DNA of 64,000 nt from Candidatus Thorarchaeota archaeon (GTDB lineage Archaea; Asgardarchaeota; Thorarchaeia; Thorarchaeales; Thorarchaeaceae). This document shows, one piece after another, positions 46,830-57,565 of the stretch (its first letter is position 1; each line of letters starts with the position of its first letter). A model generated the notes under the pieces. That model was not told where the DNA came from, did not search any database, and saw only the letters and a program-made list of their open reading frames with translations. The DNA lies in the NCBI GenBank assembly GCA_046758445.1, contig JBHIAE010000004.1:1-64000 (forward strand), written 5' to 3'. Both the position numbers and the translations under genes were made by a program.

Positions 46830-48128
46830 TCATTTGGACTTCGGATAGTACTTCTTCGGGTCCTCGCTGAATACTTTCTCGGCTGTCTTGTGAGCACCAG
46901 GGGTGTCAAGCTCAATGTCCCGCTTCAATGACCGGTCTTCTTCTAGGACCTCCTTGAATACTTCATTCTGAATTATGAGCCTTTGAACTTCGTTGCTCCC
47001 AGTCCATATCGTCGCGAGCCTTGCATCTCGAAAGAGCCGCTCGATTGGATAGACATCCGTGTACCCAATTCCGCCAAGAATCTGCATAGACTCATGGACT
47101 GCATTATAACCCGCCTCGGTGCAAAATGCCTTGGCCATGGAAACCTCCTTCCTACACCAAGCGCCTGTGTCTGCAACCTTTGCAGCCCGGTACGCAAGAC
47201 CTCGGGCCGCATCGAGCTCCATTGTACAATCGGCGACTTTGAAACTAATCCCCTCAAACCTTCTGATTTGTCGACCAAAAGCTTCTCTCTTGTTTGCATA
47301 TCGAATAGCGATCTCAAGGGCGGCTCTTCCCATACCTATGCAACCCGCAGCAGACGTCAGTCGTTCTGGAACCATCATCGCATTGAAGACATCATTTCCG
47401 CTGTTGAGCTCACCCAGAAGATTGTCCTCAGGAATCTCTACATCCTCCATGACGATCCTCGCGGCACCCATCCCTCTACATCCTAATAGTTCATACTCTT
47501 CCTCGACGCGGACTCCGTGGTTCCGGTCCACGAGAAACGCGCTGAGAGACTCGTGAGGCTTGGCTTCGAGGGCAGTCTTTGCATAGATTAGGAAGTAGTC
47601 AGCACCCACTCCTCCCGCAACAAAGCGCTTCTCACCATTGATGACGAACTTATCCTTCTCTCGAACTGCAGTGGTTATGGTTCCAAAGAAGTCTGATCCA
47701 CTTCGCGGTTCAGTCAGTCCCTCGCCTCCGATTCTGTCACCTTTTAGTGTTGGAAGAAGATAGCCGCGTTTCTGTTCCTCAGTGCCGAACTTGTCGATTC
47801 CTTCTCCAATGATACTGGGGAGCGAATACGCGCAGCCGAGTGAGATTCCCAGAACGCCTATCTCTTCGATTGCGGCCATCTCAGATACCCACCCAAGACC
47901 ACGTCCGCCGTACTCCTTCGGGAATCTTAGGCCAAGAATATTCTCCTTCCCAGCCGCCTTGACGAACTCGTATGGATACTCCTTTTCCCTCGAGTCCATC
48001 TTCAGGATAAGGTCACGATCCACCTTGTCACGGACAAACGCTCGAACTTCGTCACGAACCTTCCTCTCTTTGTCGCTCAATAATACATCAAACACGATCC
48101 TAACCTCACGACTTGTACCACTATGCAC
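46830..48128 (-). CDS. Acyl-CoA dehydrogenase
   Basis: PKEYGGRG, LTEPRSGSD, INGEKRFV, REAFGRQI, QILGGIGY and RDARLATIWTGSNEVQR. Confidence 0.92.
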   Translation of the reverse strand: MHSGTSREVRIVFDVLLSDKERKVRDEVRAFVRDKVDRDLILKMDSREKEYPYEFVKAAGKENILGLRFPKEYGGRGLGWVSEMAAIEEIGVLGISLGCAYSLPSIIGEGIDKFGTEEQKRGYLLPTLKGDRIGGEGLTEPRSGSDFFGTITTAVREKDKFVINGEKRFVAGGVGADYFLIYAKTALEAKPHESLSAFLVDRNHGVRVEEEYELLGCRGMGAARIVMEDVEIPEDNLLGELNSGNDVFNAMMVPERLTSAAGCIGMGRAALEIAIRYANKREAFGRQIRRFEGISFKVADCTMELDAARGLAYRAAKVADTGAWCRKEVSMAKAFCTEAGYNAVHESMQILGGIGYTDVYPIERLFRDARLATIWTGSNEVQRLIIQNEVFKEVLEEDRSLKRDIELDTPGAHKTAEKVFSEDPKKYYPKSK

Positions 48129-48465
48129 CCCGCAATAAAGAGTCTAGGGTGTCACCGGATCCACCTTCTCTCTTGACATGAATGGCATCTGATGGACACA
48201 GTAGTTCGCAGACAAAGCAGAGTATGCAATCGACCTCGCGGGCTGGGTCCACAACCTCACCCCACTCATCAGTAGCCCAACGATTGAAGACGTCTGTAGG
48301 ACATGCCTCAACGCATTTCATGCAGCTGACGCAGGACTCCATGTGGACCCCGACAACGTCTCCGTGAATCGTGCCATCGGTTTCGCTGGACCCCCTCCAG
48401 ACGGGATGGGCTTCATGATGGGTCTGAACTGACCAGGTAGTTCTGAAGTCCCTGTCAATTGGCAC
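48121..48465 (-). CDS. Zinc-containing (Zfx-type) dicluster ferredoxin
   Basis: MPIDRDFR...HEAH...TIHGDVVG N-terminal extension; CVSCMKC...CP and DP...CILCFVC...CP. Confidence 0.82.
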   Translation of the reverse strand: MPIDRDFRTTWSVQTHHEAHPVWRGSSETDGTIHGDVVGVHMESCVSCMKCVEACPTDVFNRWATDEWGEVVDPAREVDCILCFVCELLCPSDAIHVKREGGSGDTLDSLLRGA

Positions 48466-48745
48466 GTCGCGTGAGGTAACGTCGCTTCTTATAGCACCTG
48501 TGCTCCTGCGGCTTCAAAGGCCTCTGCTACCGAGATGGTCCATCATTCTTCCGCTGGATCTGTGTTCTTTCGCCACTGAGCTCTTCCTAAACTGGAAGGT
48601 GTCGAACTATGCTCTGTCGGCGTACTGTTGCGGCTGTTCCTGAACCGATGGAATACCTTGAGTAGATAATCGATCTTCGTGTCTCATATGAATGACGTTG
48701 AAGCCTTGCTTCAATGAACAGGACGTCATCATTGTGAAAGGATTA

Positions 48746-49509
48746 GTGAGCAAGAGACTTGGTACCGTGACACCTCAGTTCGGAGTTGTCTTTCTACTGC
48801 TACTTCTGTCATTCGCCGCAGAACCCTGCAATGCGCAGAGGTGTGGTCGGACAACTTCGATGACGGTAATCACGATGGTTGGACAGCAAGTAGCTGCTCG
48901 GTCACTGCGGGTACTTTGCGAACAACGAGTGCCTCTGGATCTGCGTACCATGAGAGCACAGTCGCCGATGGCACATGGAGTTTTGATCTGGAGCACACAA
49001 ACTTGGCAGTAGGGGTATAGATTGGGGATGGCACGGTTACATTCTCCCAACGGTCTTCTTTGTGAGTACGCACCCTGAGGAAACGCCTTGGTACTTCTAC
49101 TGTGTTGTCGCCACTCAAGCATCAACGCAGACAGGATACAAGCCCGTTTTAGAGGCCCGCAAGAATGCTCCCGATGGAGCCGGAGCGTTCTACACTTGGG
49201 CCAAGATTGCCAGCTATGATGGTGAGGACGGTGACTTTGGTTGGAAACATGTCGACATAGCTCGAACGATAGGTGGGCAGATAACTGTCTGGATTAACGG
49301 CACTCTTGTCATTCAGGTGGTAGACACGGACATTGACACGTCGGAGTACTTCGTGTTCATGGCAGGAAATGATAGGGGGCATAGACAACGTGGTTGTGGA
49401 CAACGTGCCAATTGCAGCTGGAGTGCCTCTGGAGCTACTGGCGCTTGGAATCTGCGTGCCGGTCGTCATTGCCGGGACCGTAGTCTGGACTCGTAGAAGA
49501 GGTGCATAG
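48746..49509 (+). pseudogene. Degraded secreted beta-sandwich (lectin/ConA-like) protein with C-terminal membrane anchor
   Basis: Signal peptide, then WSDNFDDGNHDGW...GTWSFD, WKHVDIAR...ITVWING and IDNVVV...TM-RRGA, spread over several frames with in-frame stops. Confidence 0.65.
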
Positions 49510-49690
49510 AACAGGTCATTTTCTGGCCTGGAGCAACAATCCACTACCACAGACTGCGGCAACTTGACACTATGTTGTTGTAACTCCCTAGCAATGCCCG
49601 GTCCTCAATCTACTACTGAGTCCTCACGACTTATATACACAACTACAGATAGGTTGCGGCACAACTTCGCGAAGAATACGCTTTTGCGGG

Positions 49691-51391
49691 TTGACACAGG
49701 AGGTTAACTTCGTGGAAAGAAACCAAACAATCGCGATAGTGGTGATTATCGTTATCATAGCGGGAGCAGCCGTTGGCTACTATATGTTTATGATCCCGCC
49801 AGAAGGCGGCCCTGTCGAGCAGGTTCTCATCATGGGAACAACTGACTCGGTGGAGTCTAGTCTCGATATCGCCCAATCGTATGACTACTTCGGTTGGGAG
49901 ATAATAGGATCTCTCAGTTCAGGATTAGTCGAAATACAACCCGGCTCTGAAGCAGGAGCCGATGACATAAACCCGGCTCTAGCCCTAAGTTGGGTACCGA
50001 GCTCGGGAGGAACAGTATGGGACTTCACCCTTAGAGAGGGTGTGTTATTCGAAGATGGTAGAGAGTTCAACGCCACCGATGTCGTATACACGTTCGAAAG
50101 GAACTGCAACCTCACTGGTGACGGTCTCTATGAAGGGGACGGACCTCAGCTCAACATGGGCTATGGTGACATCATCGACAACGTGACAGCCACAGGCGAG
50201 TTCACGGTTAGATTCGAACTCAACATCGCCTTTGCACCATTCCTTCAATTGATGGCTGCACAATCATCCTTCATGGTCGACAGAGTACATGCACCTAAGG
50301 CTACCCTAGTGGCCTACACTCAGGGTGAGAACCGCACAAGTCATCCTGGAGGCCTAGGTCCATTCCTCTTGGAAGAATGGTCCAGAATTGGCGGAACCGA
50401 TGAAAGGATAGTCTTGGTGAAGAACCCCGACTATTGGAATGCTGCTGCGGGACTGCCCAAGGCTGACAAGATCACTATCGTCATGTATGCGTCCGATACA
50501 GCATTGGCGTCAGCGATGACATCAGGTGAGATTGACATCGCATACAGGCAGCTCACTGCACCACAGATTGAGTCATTCAGAGCCAATCCGAATGTGCGTG
50601 TCTGGGATGGTATTGGTGCTCAGATCCAGTACATGTGCTTCCAGCAGGCCACATATCCCTACAACATAACTGGAGTCAGGCAGGCCATCACTGCTGCTCT
50701 AAACAGGAGTCGTGTAACAGAAACTGTCTTCCTTGGAACGTTCACCCCACTGTTCAGCATGATTCCAGCTGGAATGGCATACCACAAGCCGTCCTTCGAG
50801 GTACACGGGTCTGCAAACTACACGTTCACTCAGACCGAGCTTGCAAAATACGGGTACAACTCGACTAACAAGCTGGTCATTGAATTCTGGTATGAGAGCT
50901 CAGGGCACTACCCACAGAGTGCTGAACAGGCGCTTGTCTATGAGGAGGACTTGGAAGCGAGTGGAGTCATTCAGGTCAACCTGAATAATGCCGAATGGTC
51001 CTCATACAGAGACCACAGGAACGCGGGCGACATGGAAGTGTTCATCTACGGCTGGTATCCGGACTTCATAGATCCGGACAACTACGAGTTCTTGCCGTTT
51101 GCCTCGTGGCTCAACATGGGTTACAACGCGACCTACCCTGTGGGAGGCGGAGGCGAACAGCAAGCAGCCCTTTGGAACGATGGGCGCGCTGCTACTACAG
51201 ATGCTGCTAGGCAGGCTGCATACTATGCTTTGCAGGACCTGCAAGCCCAAGAGGCCTCTGTAGTTCCACTCTGGCAGAGTGCAACGACTGCGGTGACCAA
51301 GCCCACCGTCCATGGTGTTGTGCTAGACATCACTGTGACATGGCGCCACTGGCTCCTTTACCTCGGTGATGCAGCGACGACTGGTCCATAA
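49691..51391 (+). CDS. Peptide/nickel ABC transporter substrate-binding protein (family 5, DppA/OppA-like)
   Basis: N-terminal anchor; WDFTLREGVLFEDG, GLGPFLL, NPDYW and GWYPDFIDPDNY. Confidence 0.88.
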   Translation: MTQEVNFVERNQTIAIVVIIVIIAGAAVGYYMFMIPPEGGPVEQVLIMGTTDSVESSLDIAQSYDYFGWEIIGSLSSGLVEIQPGSEAGADDINPALALSWVPSSGGTVWDFTLREGVLFEDGREFNATDVVYTFERNCNLTGDGLYEGDGPQLNMGYGDIIDNVTATGEFTVRFELNIAFAPFLQLMAAQSSFMVDRVHAPKATLVAYTQGENRTSHPGGLGPFLLEEWSRIGGTDERIVLVKNPDYWNAAAGLPKADKITIVMYASDTALASAMTSGEIDIAYRQLTAPQIESFRANPNVRVWDGIGAQIQYMCFQQATYPYNITGVRQAITAALNRSRVTETVFLGTFTPLFSMIPAGMAYHKPSFEVHGSANYTFTQTELAKYGYNSTNKLVIEFWYESSGHYPQSAEQALVYEEDLEASGVIQVNLNNAEWSSYRDHRNAGDMEVFIYGWYPDFIDPDNYEFLPFASWLNMGYNATYPVGGGGEQQAALWNDGRAATTDAARQAAYYALQDLQAQEASVVPLWQSATTAVTKPTVHGVVLDITVTWRHWLLYLGDAATTGP

Positions 51392-51405
51392 ACACATGAC
51401 TTGTT

Positions 51406-51446
51406 GAGAATGCAGGCTCAATGCCTGCTTCTCTCTCTTCTTTTTT
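51406..51446 (+). terminator. Hairpin/T-tract after the substrate-binding protein gene
   Basis: GAGAA-T-GCAGGC-TCAAT-GCCTGC-TTCTC followed by a CT-rich and T6 tract. Confidence 0.6.
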
Positions 51447-51602
51447 CAAGAATAGCTCATCTAGTGAGCTCCATTAACTTGCCCTCTTCATTTGGCGGAG
51501 CATATAGAGACCCTCACCACTGGGTGAGTACCGATTTCGAAGACCTTAAGTTGGCTTCACCAGCAGGCTCTTAGTACCGTCCTTCATGCCAAAGGACAAG
51601 AG

Positions 51603-52622
51603 GTGATCCGGATGTCCCTGAGGTCCTACATTGTCACCCGTATACTGATGACGATTCCAATGATCATGCTTCTGCTCACATTCGTGTTTGTCATAATCCG
51701 TGTCATTCCAGGTGATCCAGCCCTTCTGCACTTCGAGAAGAATGTAGATCCTGCGGTCTTAGAAGCGTTTCGTACAAGGCTGGGACTGGACAAACCAATA
51801 CACGAACAGTTCATTGACTACCTAGTGGGACTGCCTCAAGGAGATTTCGGACTGTCAATGCAGGACTACAGCCCAATCAGCTCTCATATCGTTGCTAGGT
51901 TCCCAGCAACACTCGAGCTGACTATATACTCGATGCTCTTTGCTGTGCTTTTAGGAGTCGCCCTTGGGGTTCAAGCCTCAAAGAACTATGACACTATGAA
52001 GGACTACACGATCAGGACTTTCGGAATCGTGACCTATGCGATTCCAGTCTTCTTTCTGGGCATGATTCTCCAGTTCATCTTCTCAATATACCTCGGGATA
52101 CTGCCTACCGGGACCCGCTTCTCTCCACGGTATACGCCGCCAGATACGATAACTGGCCTCTATACTATTGACAGCATTCTCACGGGCAACTTCGAGGCGT
52201 TTATAATCTCGTTCAGATACTTGTTGTTGCCTGCAGTTACACTGGGTACAGTACTATGTGGCATCTTCATCCGACTGACGCGTACAAACATGCTTGAAAC
52301 TCTCAGGATGGACTTTGTTGTAGCGGCTAAGGCCCGAGGGCTGTCAGAAGGCACTGTAACATACAGCTACGCTCTCAAGAATGCGTTTCTTCCAGTCTTG
52401 ACTATGATCGGCCTACAATTCGCCGCCCTGTTGGCAGGAGCAATTCTTACAGAAACAACCTTCAGCTGGCCCGGACTTGGAACGTACCTTGTGCAGAGGA
52501 TTGCCCACCGTGACTATACGGCCATCCAAGGCACCGTGGTCTTCTTTGGGATTCTTGTCAGCTTGGTCACGCTGTTCGTTGACATACTGTATGCGTACCT
52601 AGACCCGCGCATAAGGCTCTAA
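51603..52622 (+). CDS. dppB: Peptide ABC transporter permease (DppB-like)
   Basis: PGDPA, LGLDKP, FPATLEL, AKARGL EAA loop, ETTFSWPGLG. Confidence 0.88.
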   Translation: MIRMSLRSYIVTRILMTIPMIMLLLTFVFVIIRVIPGDPALLHFEKNVDPAVLEAFRTRLGLDKPIHEQFIDYLVGLPQGDFGLSMQDYSPISSHIVARFPATLELTIYSMLFAVLLGVALGVQASKNYDTMKDYTIRTFGIVTYAIPVFFLGMILQFIFSIYLGILPTGTRFSPRYTPPDTITGLYTIDSILTGNFEAFIISFRYLLLPAVTLGTVLCGIFIRLTRTNMLETLRMDFVVAAKARGLSEGTVTYSYALKNAFLPVLTMIGLQFAALLAGAILTETTFSWPGLGTYLVQRIAHRDYTAIQGTVVFFGILVSLVTLFVDILYAYLDPRIRL

Positions 52623-52634
52623 GGAGGACTTGCT

Positions 52635-53894
52635 GTGGAAAACGAGAAGATAGTAAGTGGAATGTTCTTCCGGGTTGGAAGAGTTCGGGACACTCTCAAG
52701 GACCGATCGAGAAAGTGGTGGGTTGGATTCATCGTCATTGTCGGGGGATCGCTAGTCCTGATCTCATCCTTCATCGGGCTCGCCGCGAGCTCGGGCAGTG
52801 GGGTTGGAGTTCAAGTCGTCATTATCACAATCGTAATAGGGCTTCTAGTCTTGATGGGTAGGTGGCTTGGGAGTGGTATAGAATCAGAAAGAAAGCTGAT
52901 TGCTCGATTGGTGACGCTCCTGCCTCTCATACTCTTCGGACTGATTGCAGTGATCACTCTGCCGGTCATATTTGACCCTATTGGCGGTCTGGGACTCTAT
53001 CTAGCCCTCCTAGAAGGGGGCTTTGTAATGTTTCTGATAATGCTGGTTCTGCACGATGGCTATCCCATGCTCAAGGATAGAGGCACTCCTGGCCTCATCA
53101 CAATGGCCGGTTTCCTGATCGTCTTCGCAGTGTTATACATGACTGCGATATCACTCTGGATTGTTCCGTATAATCCCGGACAACTGACCGTTGGGCCACT
53201 GTTGGGACCACCCTCGCCGAATTATCCACTGGGAACGACGTCACTGGGCCAAGACCTACTCAGTCGAACGGTATCAGGCGGGGCAGTCATGCTTCAGGTT
53301 GCGGCCGTGTCAGTGGCCGTATGTTTCTCGATTGGAGTACCACTAGGACTCGCCACTACATACAGAGGGGGAAACGTGGAGAAAGGGACAGGAATTGTGA
53401 TGGACAGTATCTTCGCGTTTCCAGGCCTTGTCCTTGCCATCGCCATCTCTGCGATGCTTGGACCAGGTGTGGTCAACATGGCACTGGCTATAGCTGTTGT
53501 CTACATTCCCTCGTACTACAGAGTAGTACGGAGCCAAGTGCTCAGCATCAAAGAACTCCCGTACGTTGAGGCGGCAGTGGTAATGGGGGCCAGAAACCGA
53601 GACATCATCTTCCGATACATTCTGCCGAATCTACTTCCCTCAGCTGTTGTGGTGATGTCAATCAACTTCGCTGATGCGGTCCTCACGGCAGCAGGACTGA
53701 CCTTCATCGGTCTGGGATTGCCTGTCAATGTGCCAGACTGGGGCTGGGATCTCACGTTTGGTTCCCACCAGTACATAACGGGCGCCTGGTGGGTAATCAC
53801 CTTCCCAGGAGTCATGATAGTGATTCTTGCTCTTGGATTCACCCTCGCGGGAGAGGGCCTCAACGAGCTTCTTACGCCCAAGCTGGAGGAGTGA
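52635..53894 (+). CDS. dppC: Peptide ABC transporter permease (DppC-like) with N-terminal TM extension
   Basis: PLGTTSLGQDLLSR, YVEAAVVMGA, PDWG and WWVITFPG. Confidence 0.85.
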   Translation: MENEKIVSGMFFRVGRVRDTLKDRSRKWWVGFIVIVGGSLVLISSFIGLAASSGSGVGVQVVIITIVIGLLVLMGRWLGSGIESERKLIARLVTLLPLILFGLIAVITLPVIFDPIGGLGLYLALLEGGFVMFLIMLVLHDGYPMLKDRGTPGLITMAGFLIVFAVLYMTAISLWIVPYNPGQLTVGPLLGPPSPNYPLGTTSLGQDLLSRTVSGGAVMLQVAAVSVAVCFSIGVPLGLATTYRGGNVEKGTGIVMDSIFAFPGLVLAIAISAMLGPGVVNMALAIAVVYIPSYYRVVRSQVLSIKELPYVEAAVVMGARNRDIIFRYILPNLLPSAVVVMSINFADAVLTAAGLTFIGLGLPVNVPDWGWDLTFGSHQYITGAWWVITFPGVMIVILALGFTLAGEGLNELLTPKLEE

Positions 53895-53900
53895 GGACCC

Positions 53901-54911
53901 ATGGCTGACATTCTCTCAATAAACGACCTCACAGTGGAGTACGTCACACGTAGAGGCACAGCACGTGCCGTAGACAAGGTGTTCCTAACGCTAGAGGAGA
54001 ACAAGACCTTGGGTCTGGCGGGCGAATCGGGATGTGGAAAATCCACTCTGGGCCGTTCGATAATGCGCCTTGTTCCTCATCCTGGTCGAATCGTTAAAGG
54101 GAGCATTGTCTTCAACATCAAGGAGGAAATTCAGTTCAATAAGCATTCTATCGAGAAAGGCAACGTAAACCTCATGGAGTTGAATGAGGATCAGATGAGG
54201 AGACTCCGCGGAGAGGAGATTGCCTACATCTTCCAAGACCCGATGACATCTCTCAACCCGATGTTGAGTATAGGTGAACATTTCACACAGCTCATGAAGG
54301 CACACGATCCAACCATCGAGAAAGAAGCTGCTATCGATAGAGCACAAGAGATCCTTGATAGCCTGGGAATACTTCCAGAAAGAACAATCGATTATCCTCA
54401 CCAATTCTCTGGAGGTATGAGACAGAGAGTGATGATAGGCCTGGGGCTGGCCCTGCGACCAAAGCTCCTAATCTCGGATGAGCCAACTACCTCTCTGGAT
54501 GTCATCGTCGAGGCTCAGATACTAGAGGAGATGGCTGCACTCAAGGATGAGTTCAATCTCACAATGATTCTAATAACACACAACCTTGGCGTTCTGGCGC
54601 AGACAGCGGACGACATAGCCATCATGTATACAGGAAGACTGATGGAGTTGGCACCTACGGATGTGCTGTTCGCGGAACCCTTGCATCCATATACTCAGGA
54701 GCTGCTGAAGGCCGTTCCCGATGTTACGAAGCCTGAGAAGAAACTATCCTGGATTCCAGGTGCACCACCAGACCTTGTTGACCCGCCACCAGGTTGCATG
54801 TTTCACCCAAGATGCCCCTATGTCATGGACATATGTAAGGTGGAAGTACCGCCTCTGATACCGAGCAAGACAGGCGGGGTGGTTGCTTGTCACCTGTATA
54901 ATGGAGGCTGA
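53901..54911 (+). CDS. dppD: Peptide ABC transporter ATPase (DppD-like)
   Basis: GESGCGKS, FSGGMRQR, DEPTT and C-terminal GCMFHPRC...C...ACH. Confidence 0.9.
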   Translation: MADILSINDLTVEYVTRRGTARAVDKVFLTLEENKTLGLAGESGCGKSTLGRSIMRLVPHPGRIVKGSIVFNIKEEIQFNKHSIEKGNVNLMELNEDQMRRLRGEEIAYIFQDPMTSLNPMLSIGEHFTQLMKAHDPTIEKEAAIDRAQEILDSLGILPERTIDYPHQFSGGMRQRVMIGLGLALRPKLLISDEPTTSLDVIVEAQILEEMAALKDEFNLTMILITHNLGVLAQTADDIAIMYTGRLMELAPTDVLFAEPLHPYTQELLKAVPDVTKPEKKLSWIPGAPPDLVDPPPGCMFHPRCPYVMDICKVEVPPLIPSKTGGVVACHLYNGG

Positions 54912-54914
54912 ACC

Positions 54915-55892
54915 TTGAAGATCATAGAGGTGAAAGACGTCAAGAAGTACTTTCCAGTACAGAAGAGCTTCCTTGATTCGCTGGTTTCAAAGGATAAGGA
55001 ATATGTGAGGGCAGTGGACGATGTTTCCTTTGCCGTGGAGAAGGGAGAAGTCCTGGGCCTGGCGGGGGAGAGTGGTTCGGGTAAGACCACGACTGGGAGA
55101 CTCTGTGTACGCCTCATCGAGCCAACAGAGGGTCAGATCTTGTTCGATGGGAAGGACATCGCGAAGCTTCGAGGTAAGGAGCTTCGCCTCATGAGAAGGA
55201 GAATACAGTTCACCTTTCAAGATCCCACATCCTCTCTGAATCCTCGACGAAAGATTGGTGATGCTATTGGAGATGCACTCAAGCTGCAACAGATCGGCAC
55301 GCCTGATGAGAGGAAGGAGCGAGTGGAAGAGGTACTGGATAGAGTAGGACTCTCACCTGCGAGTTCCTTTATTGACAGACTGCCACACCAGCTGAGCGGT
55401 GGTCAGAAGCAGCGTGTCGTCTTTGGCAGAGCGATTGTGTTGAATCCTGAGTTCGTCGTCACTGATGAGCCCGTTGCCATGGTCGATGTCTCAATAAAGG
55501 CGCAGATTCTGGAACTGATGATGGATCTGAAGAAAGAGTACGGACTGACATATCTGTTCATTTCTCACGACCTTGCGACATCCAGACACGTGTGCGACAG
55601 AATTGGCATCATGTATCTTGGGAAGATAGTCGAAGTGGGTGACAAGGATAGCATCTACGAGGATCCATTGCATCCATACGCCGTCGGCCTAATCAGTGCC
55701 ATCCCTGTGCCAGACCCGAAAGTGAAGAAATCAGAGGCGATACCTCGCGGGGAGATTCCAAGCCCGATCAATCCCCCCAGTGGCTGCAGGTTCCATCCTC
55801 GATGCCCCAAGGCATTTGATAGGTGTCCGCTGGAAGAGCCGGAACTGCGAGATGTTGGCAACGGTCGTCTTGTTGCATGCCATCTGTATTGA
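54915..55892 (+). CDS. dppF: Peptide ABC transporter ATPase (DppF-like)
   Basis: GESGSGKT, LSGGQKQR, DEP and GCRFHPRC...ACH. Confidence 0.9.
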   Translation: MKIIEVKDVKKYFPVQKSFLDSLVSKDKEYVRAVDDVSFAVEKGEVLGLAGESGSGKTTTGRLCVRLIEPTEGQILFDGKDIAKLRGKELRLMRRRIQFTFQDPTSSLNPRRKIGDAIGDALKLQQIGTPDERKERVEEVLDRVGLSPASSFIDRLPHQLSGGQKQRVVFGRAIVLNPEFVVTDEPVAMVDVSIKAQILELMMDLKKEYGLTYLFISHDLATSRHVCDRIGIMYLGKIVEVGDKDSIYEDPLHPYAVGLISAIPVPDPKVKKSEAIPRGEIPSPINPPSGCRFHPRCPKAFDRCPLEEPELRDVGNGRLVACHLY

Positions 55893-55939
55893 GTTCAGAG
55901 CCAGTCATCATTCGTGTGCTCGATATCCACTGCAAGATC

Positions 55940-56824
55940 TCATCCCCTCTTTCCGGCCTCGTCGAGCATGCAGTCCAGAACACTCTGCCAGATGGTCCCG
56001 TCATCACGCATCTTGTTCTCGAAGTTGTTGGTGTTGATCCATTCTTGAAGGGCTCCGTCAGCCTTCGAGGTGAAAGCATCGTCCACGGAATCAAGATAGC
56101 CCAGTGTCTTCAATGCTTCCTGAATCTTGACGGCCAAGTCGCCCTCTATTCGAAGAAGCCTACTCGGATCCTCTCTACTGAGGAGTGTCATGTCATAGAG
56201 AGAGAAGACGCGTTCAAGCTCCTCAATTGGACTCGGATGATCGTCGACCCTGACGTCAACGTATCTGTCATTCCCGCCTTCGTATCCGCCCGCCTCTCGT
56301 ACAACCAGAATGGCCGCAGACTGCATTCCTCTCCTGTCACCGCCTGCCGCTTGCCCAGCCCTCAGACTTGCAAGCAATCTGTCTATCAAGTCACCGTCTG
56401 TTCCTTCGTACGCGTCTGCCATGTTCTTTACAACGGCTTCTCCTGCGAGGATGTTTCCTTGGCATGCATAACCATCACCTACTATGTGACCCGCCCACTC
56501 CATGCACTCGCTTCCCGTGTGTGCAACTGCACGTCCTTTGGCGTCGACAATCCCGACCTGACGATGCTCAGCCTTTTCGTCATCGCTGAGAAGTGCCTTC
56601 AGTGTTTCAGAGGCACTCTTTCCAGCCAGCATTAACTCTAGCCCTCTTGGACCATAAGACGAATTGGCCCAGGCCTGAGTAGCAACGGCTCCAACCTCGG
56701 CCGCGGCCCAAGGCACGATTGCTCCGACGGCCGGAAACTTCGACTGCACGACGATTCCTAGGTCTCCATTAGTAGGGTCCCTTGCTACGATGGAGAACGT
56801 GCAGAGGTTGCTAACTTCCTTCAT
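55940..56824 (-). CDS. DUF1028 (Ntn-hydrolase-like) protein with C-terminal helical peptidoglycan-binding-like domain
   Basis: TFSIVARD, GAVATQA, QGNILAG, GGDRRG.QSAA and DVRVDDHPSPIEEL. Confidence 0.82.
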   Translation of the reverse strand: MKEVSNLCTFSIVARDPTNGDLGIVVQSKFPAVGAIVPWAAAEVGAVATQAWANSSYGPRGLELMLAGKSASETLKALLSDDEKAEHRQVGIVDAKGRAVAHTGSECMEWAGHIVGDGYACQGNILAGEAVVKNMADAYEGTDGDLIDRLLASLRAGQAAGGDRRGMQSAAILVVREAGGYEGGNDRYVDVRVDDHPSPIEELERVFSLYDMTLLSREDPSRLLRIEGDLAVKIQEALKTLGYLDSVDDAFTSKADGALQEWINTNNFENKMRDDGTIWQSVLDCMLDEAGKRG

Positions 56825-56998
56825 GGTTCGTTGTCCTCCTTTTCATGGTTGACGCATGAATCTTCGTTCCTCTTTAGCCCATCGGTGAAAGTGACTAGAG
56901 TTCCAATGCAGAACAAGCAATTCTTAAGAGATGGAACTGCCTGTGGTCTGGTTGCCGTTCCAGCCATGTGCCAGGACTTACTGAGAGGTCTGCTCTCA

Positions 56999-57493
56999 AT
57001 GGCCGAGATCCACATCAGGTATGTCACAAGCACCGGACTTGAGAAGAGTCTAGAGATCAGAGCCAGCGAAACATACGTCAATCTGGACCTGCGTGACATC
57101 GCATCAATAGACTTGCTCCCTCTAATCTGGTGCACTGGCCTCGAAGAGCTCAGCATTCGGAATAACAAGATCTCATCTGTGGACCTGTCACCGTTGAGTA
57201 AGTGTAAGAAACTGCAGTCCCTCAGACTGAGCAACAATCAGTTGGAAGAAATCGATCTCACTCCACTTGGATCTTGTCCGGAACTTGCGGAGCTGGCACT
57301 CCAGGGTAACCGATTTAGAAGGGTTGACATATCAGCTCTCTTTCATTGCCAAGATCTGACCGACCTCAAGCTTGACGACTCAGTCACACTTCTAGCAGAC
57401 CTCACGCTGAAGTCTGTGGGCAGTTGGCCGGAAGTTCTGGTGGAGCGATTTCATAGAATCCTCTGGAAGGTTCCTGAACCTCTGCGAGGTTAG
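56999..57493 (+). CDS. Leucine-rich repeat protein
   Basis: Repeated LxxLxLxxNxI/LxxVDLxPL units; probable ATG at 56999. Confidence 0.82.
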   Translation: MAEIHIRYVTSTGLEKSLEIRASETYVNLDLRDIASIDLLPLIWCTGLEELSIRNNKISSVDLSPLSKCKKLQSLRLSNNQLEEIDLTPLGSCPELAELALQGNRFRRVDISALFHCQDLTDLKLDDSVTLLADLTLKSVGSWPEVLVERFHRILWKVPEPLRG

Positions 57494-57565
57494 ATGAAGA
57501 AAGACGGATCCGGGATTTCGTTCCGGGTCCGAACGTTGTCATGATTCTGACAGAGATTGAGGATA

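Noticed and set aside
48466-48745. Possible degraded minus-strand ORF (…ISVAEAFEAAGAQVL*)
   Set aside because: Fragmentary, with no recognisable family or start.
55823-56635. 270-aa plus-strand ORF
   Set aside because: Antisense shadow of the DUF1028 gene.
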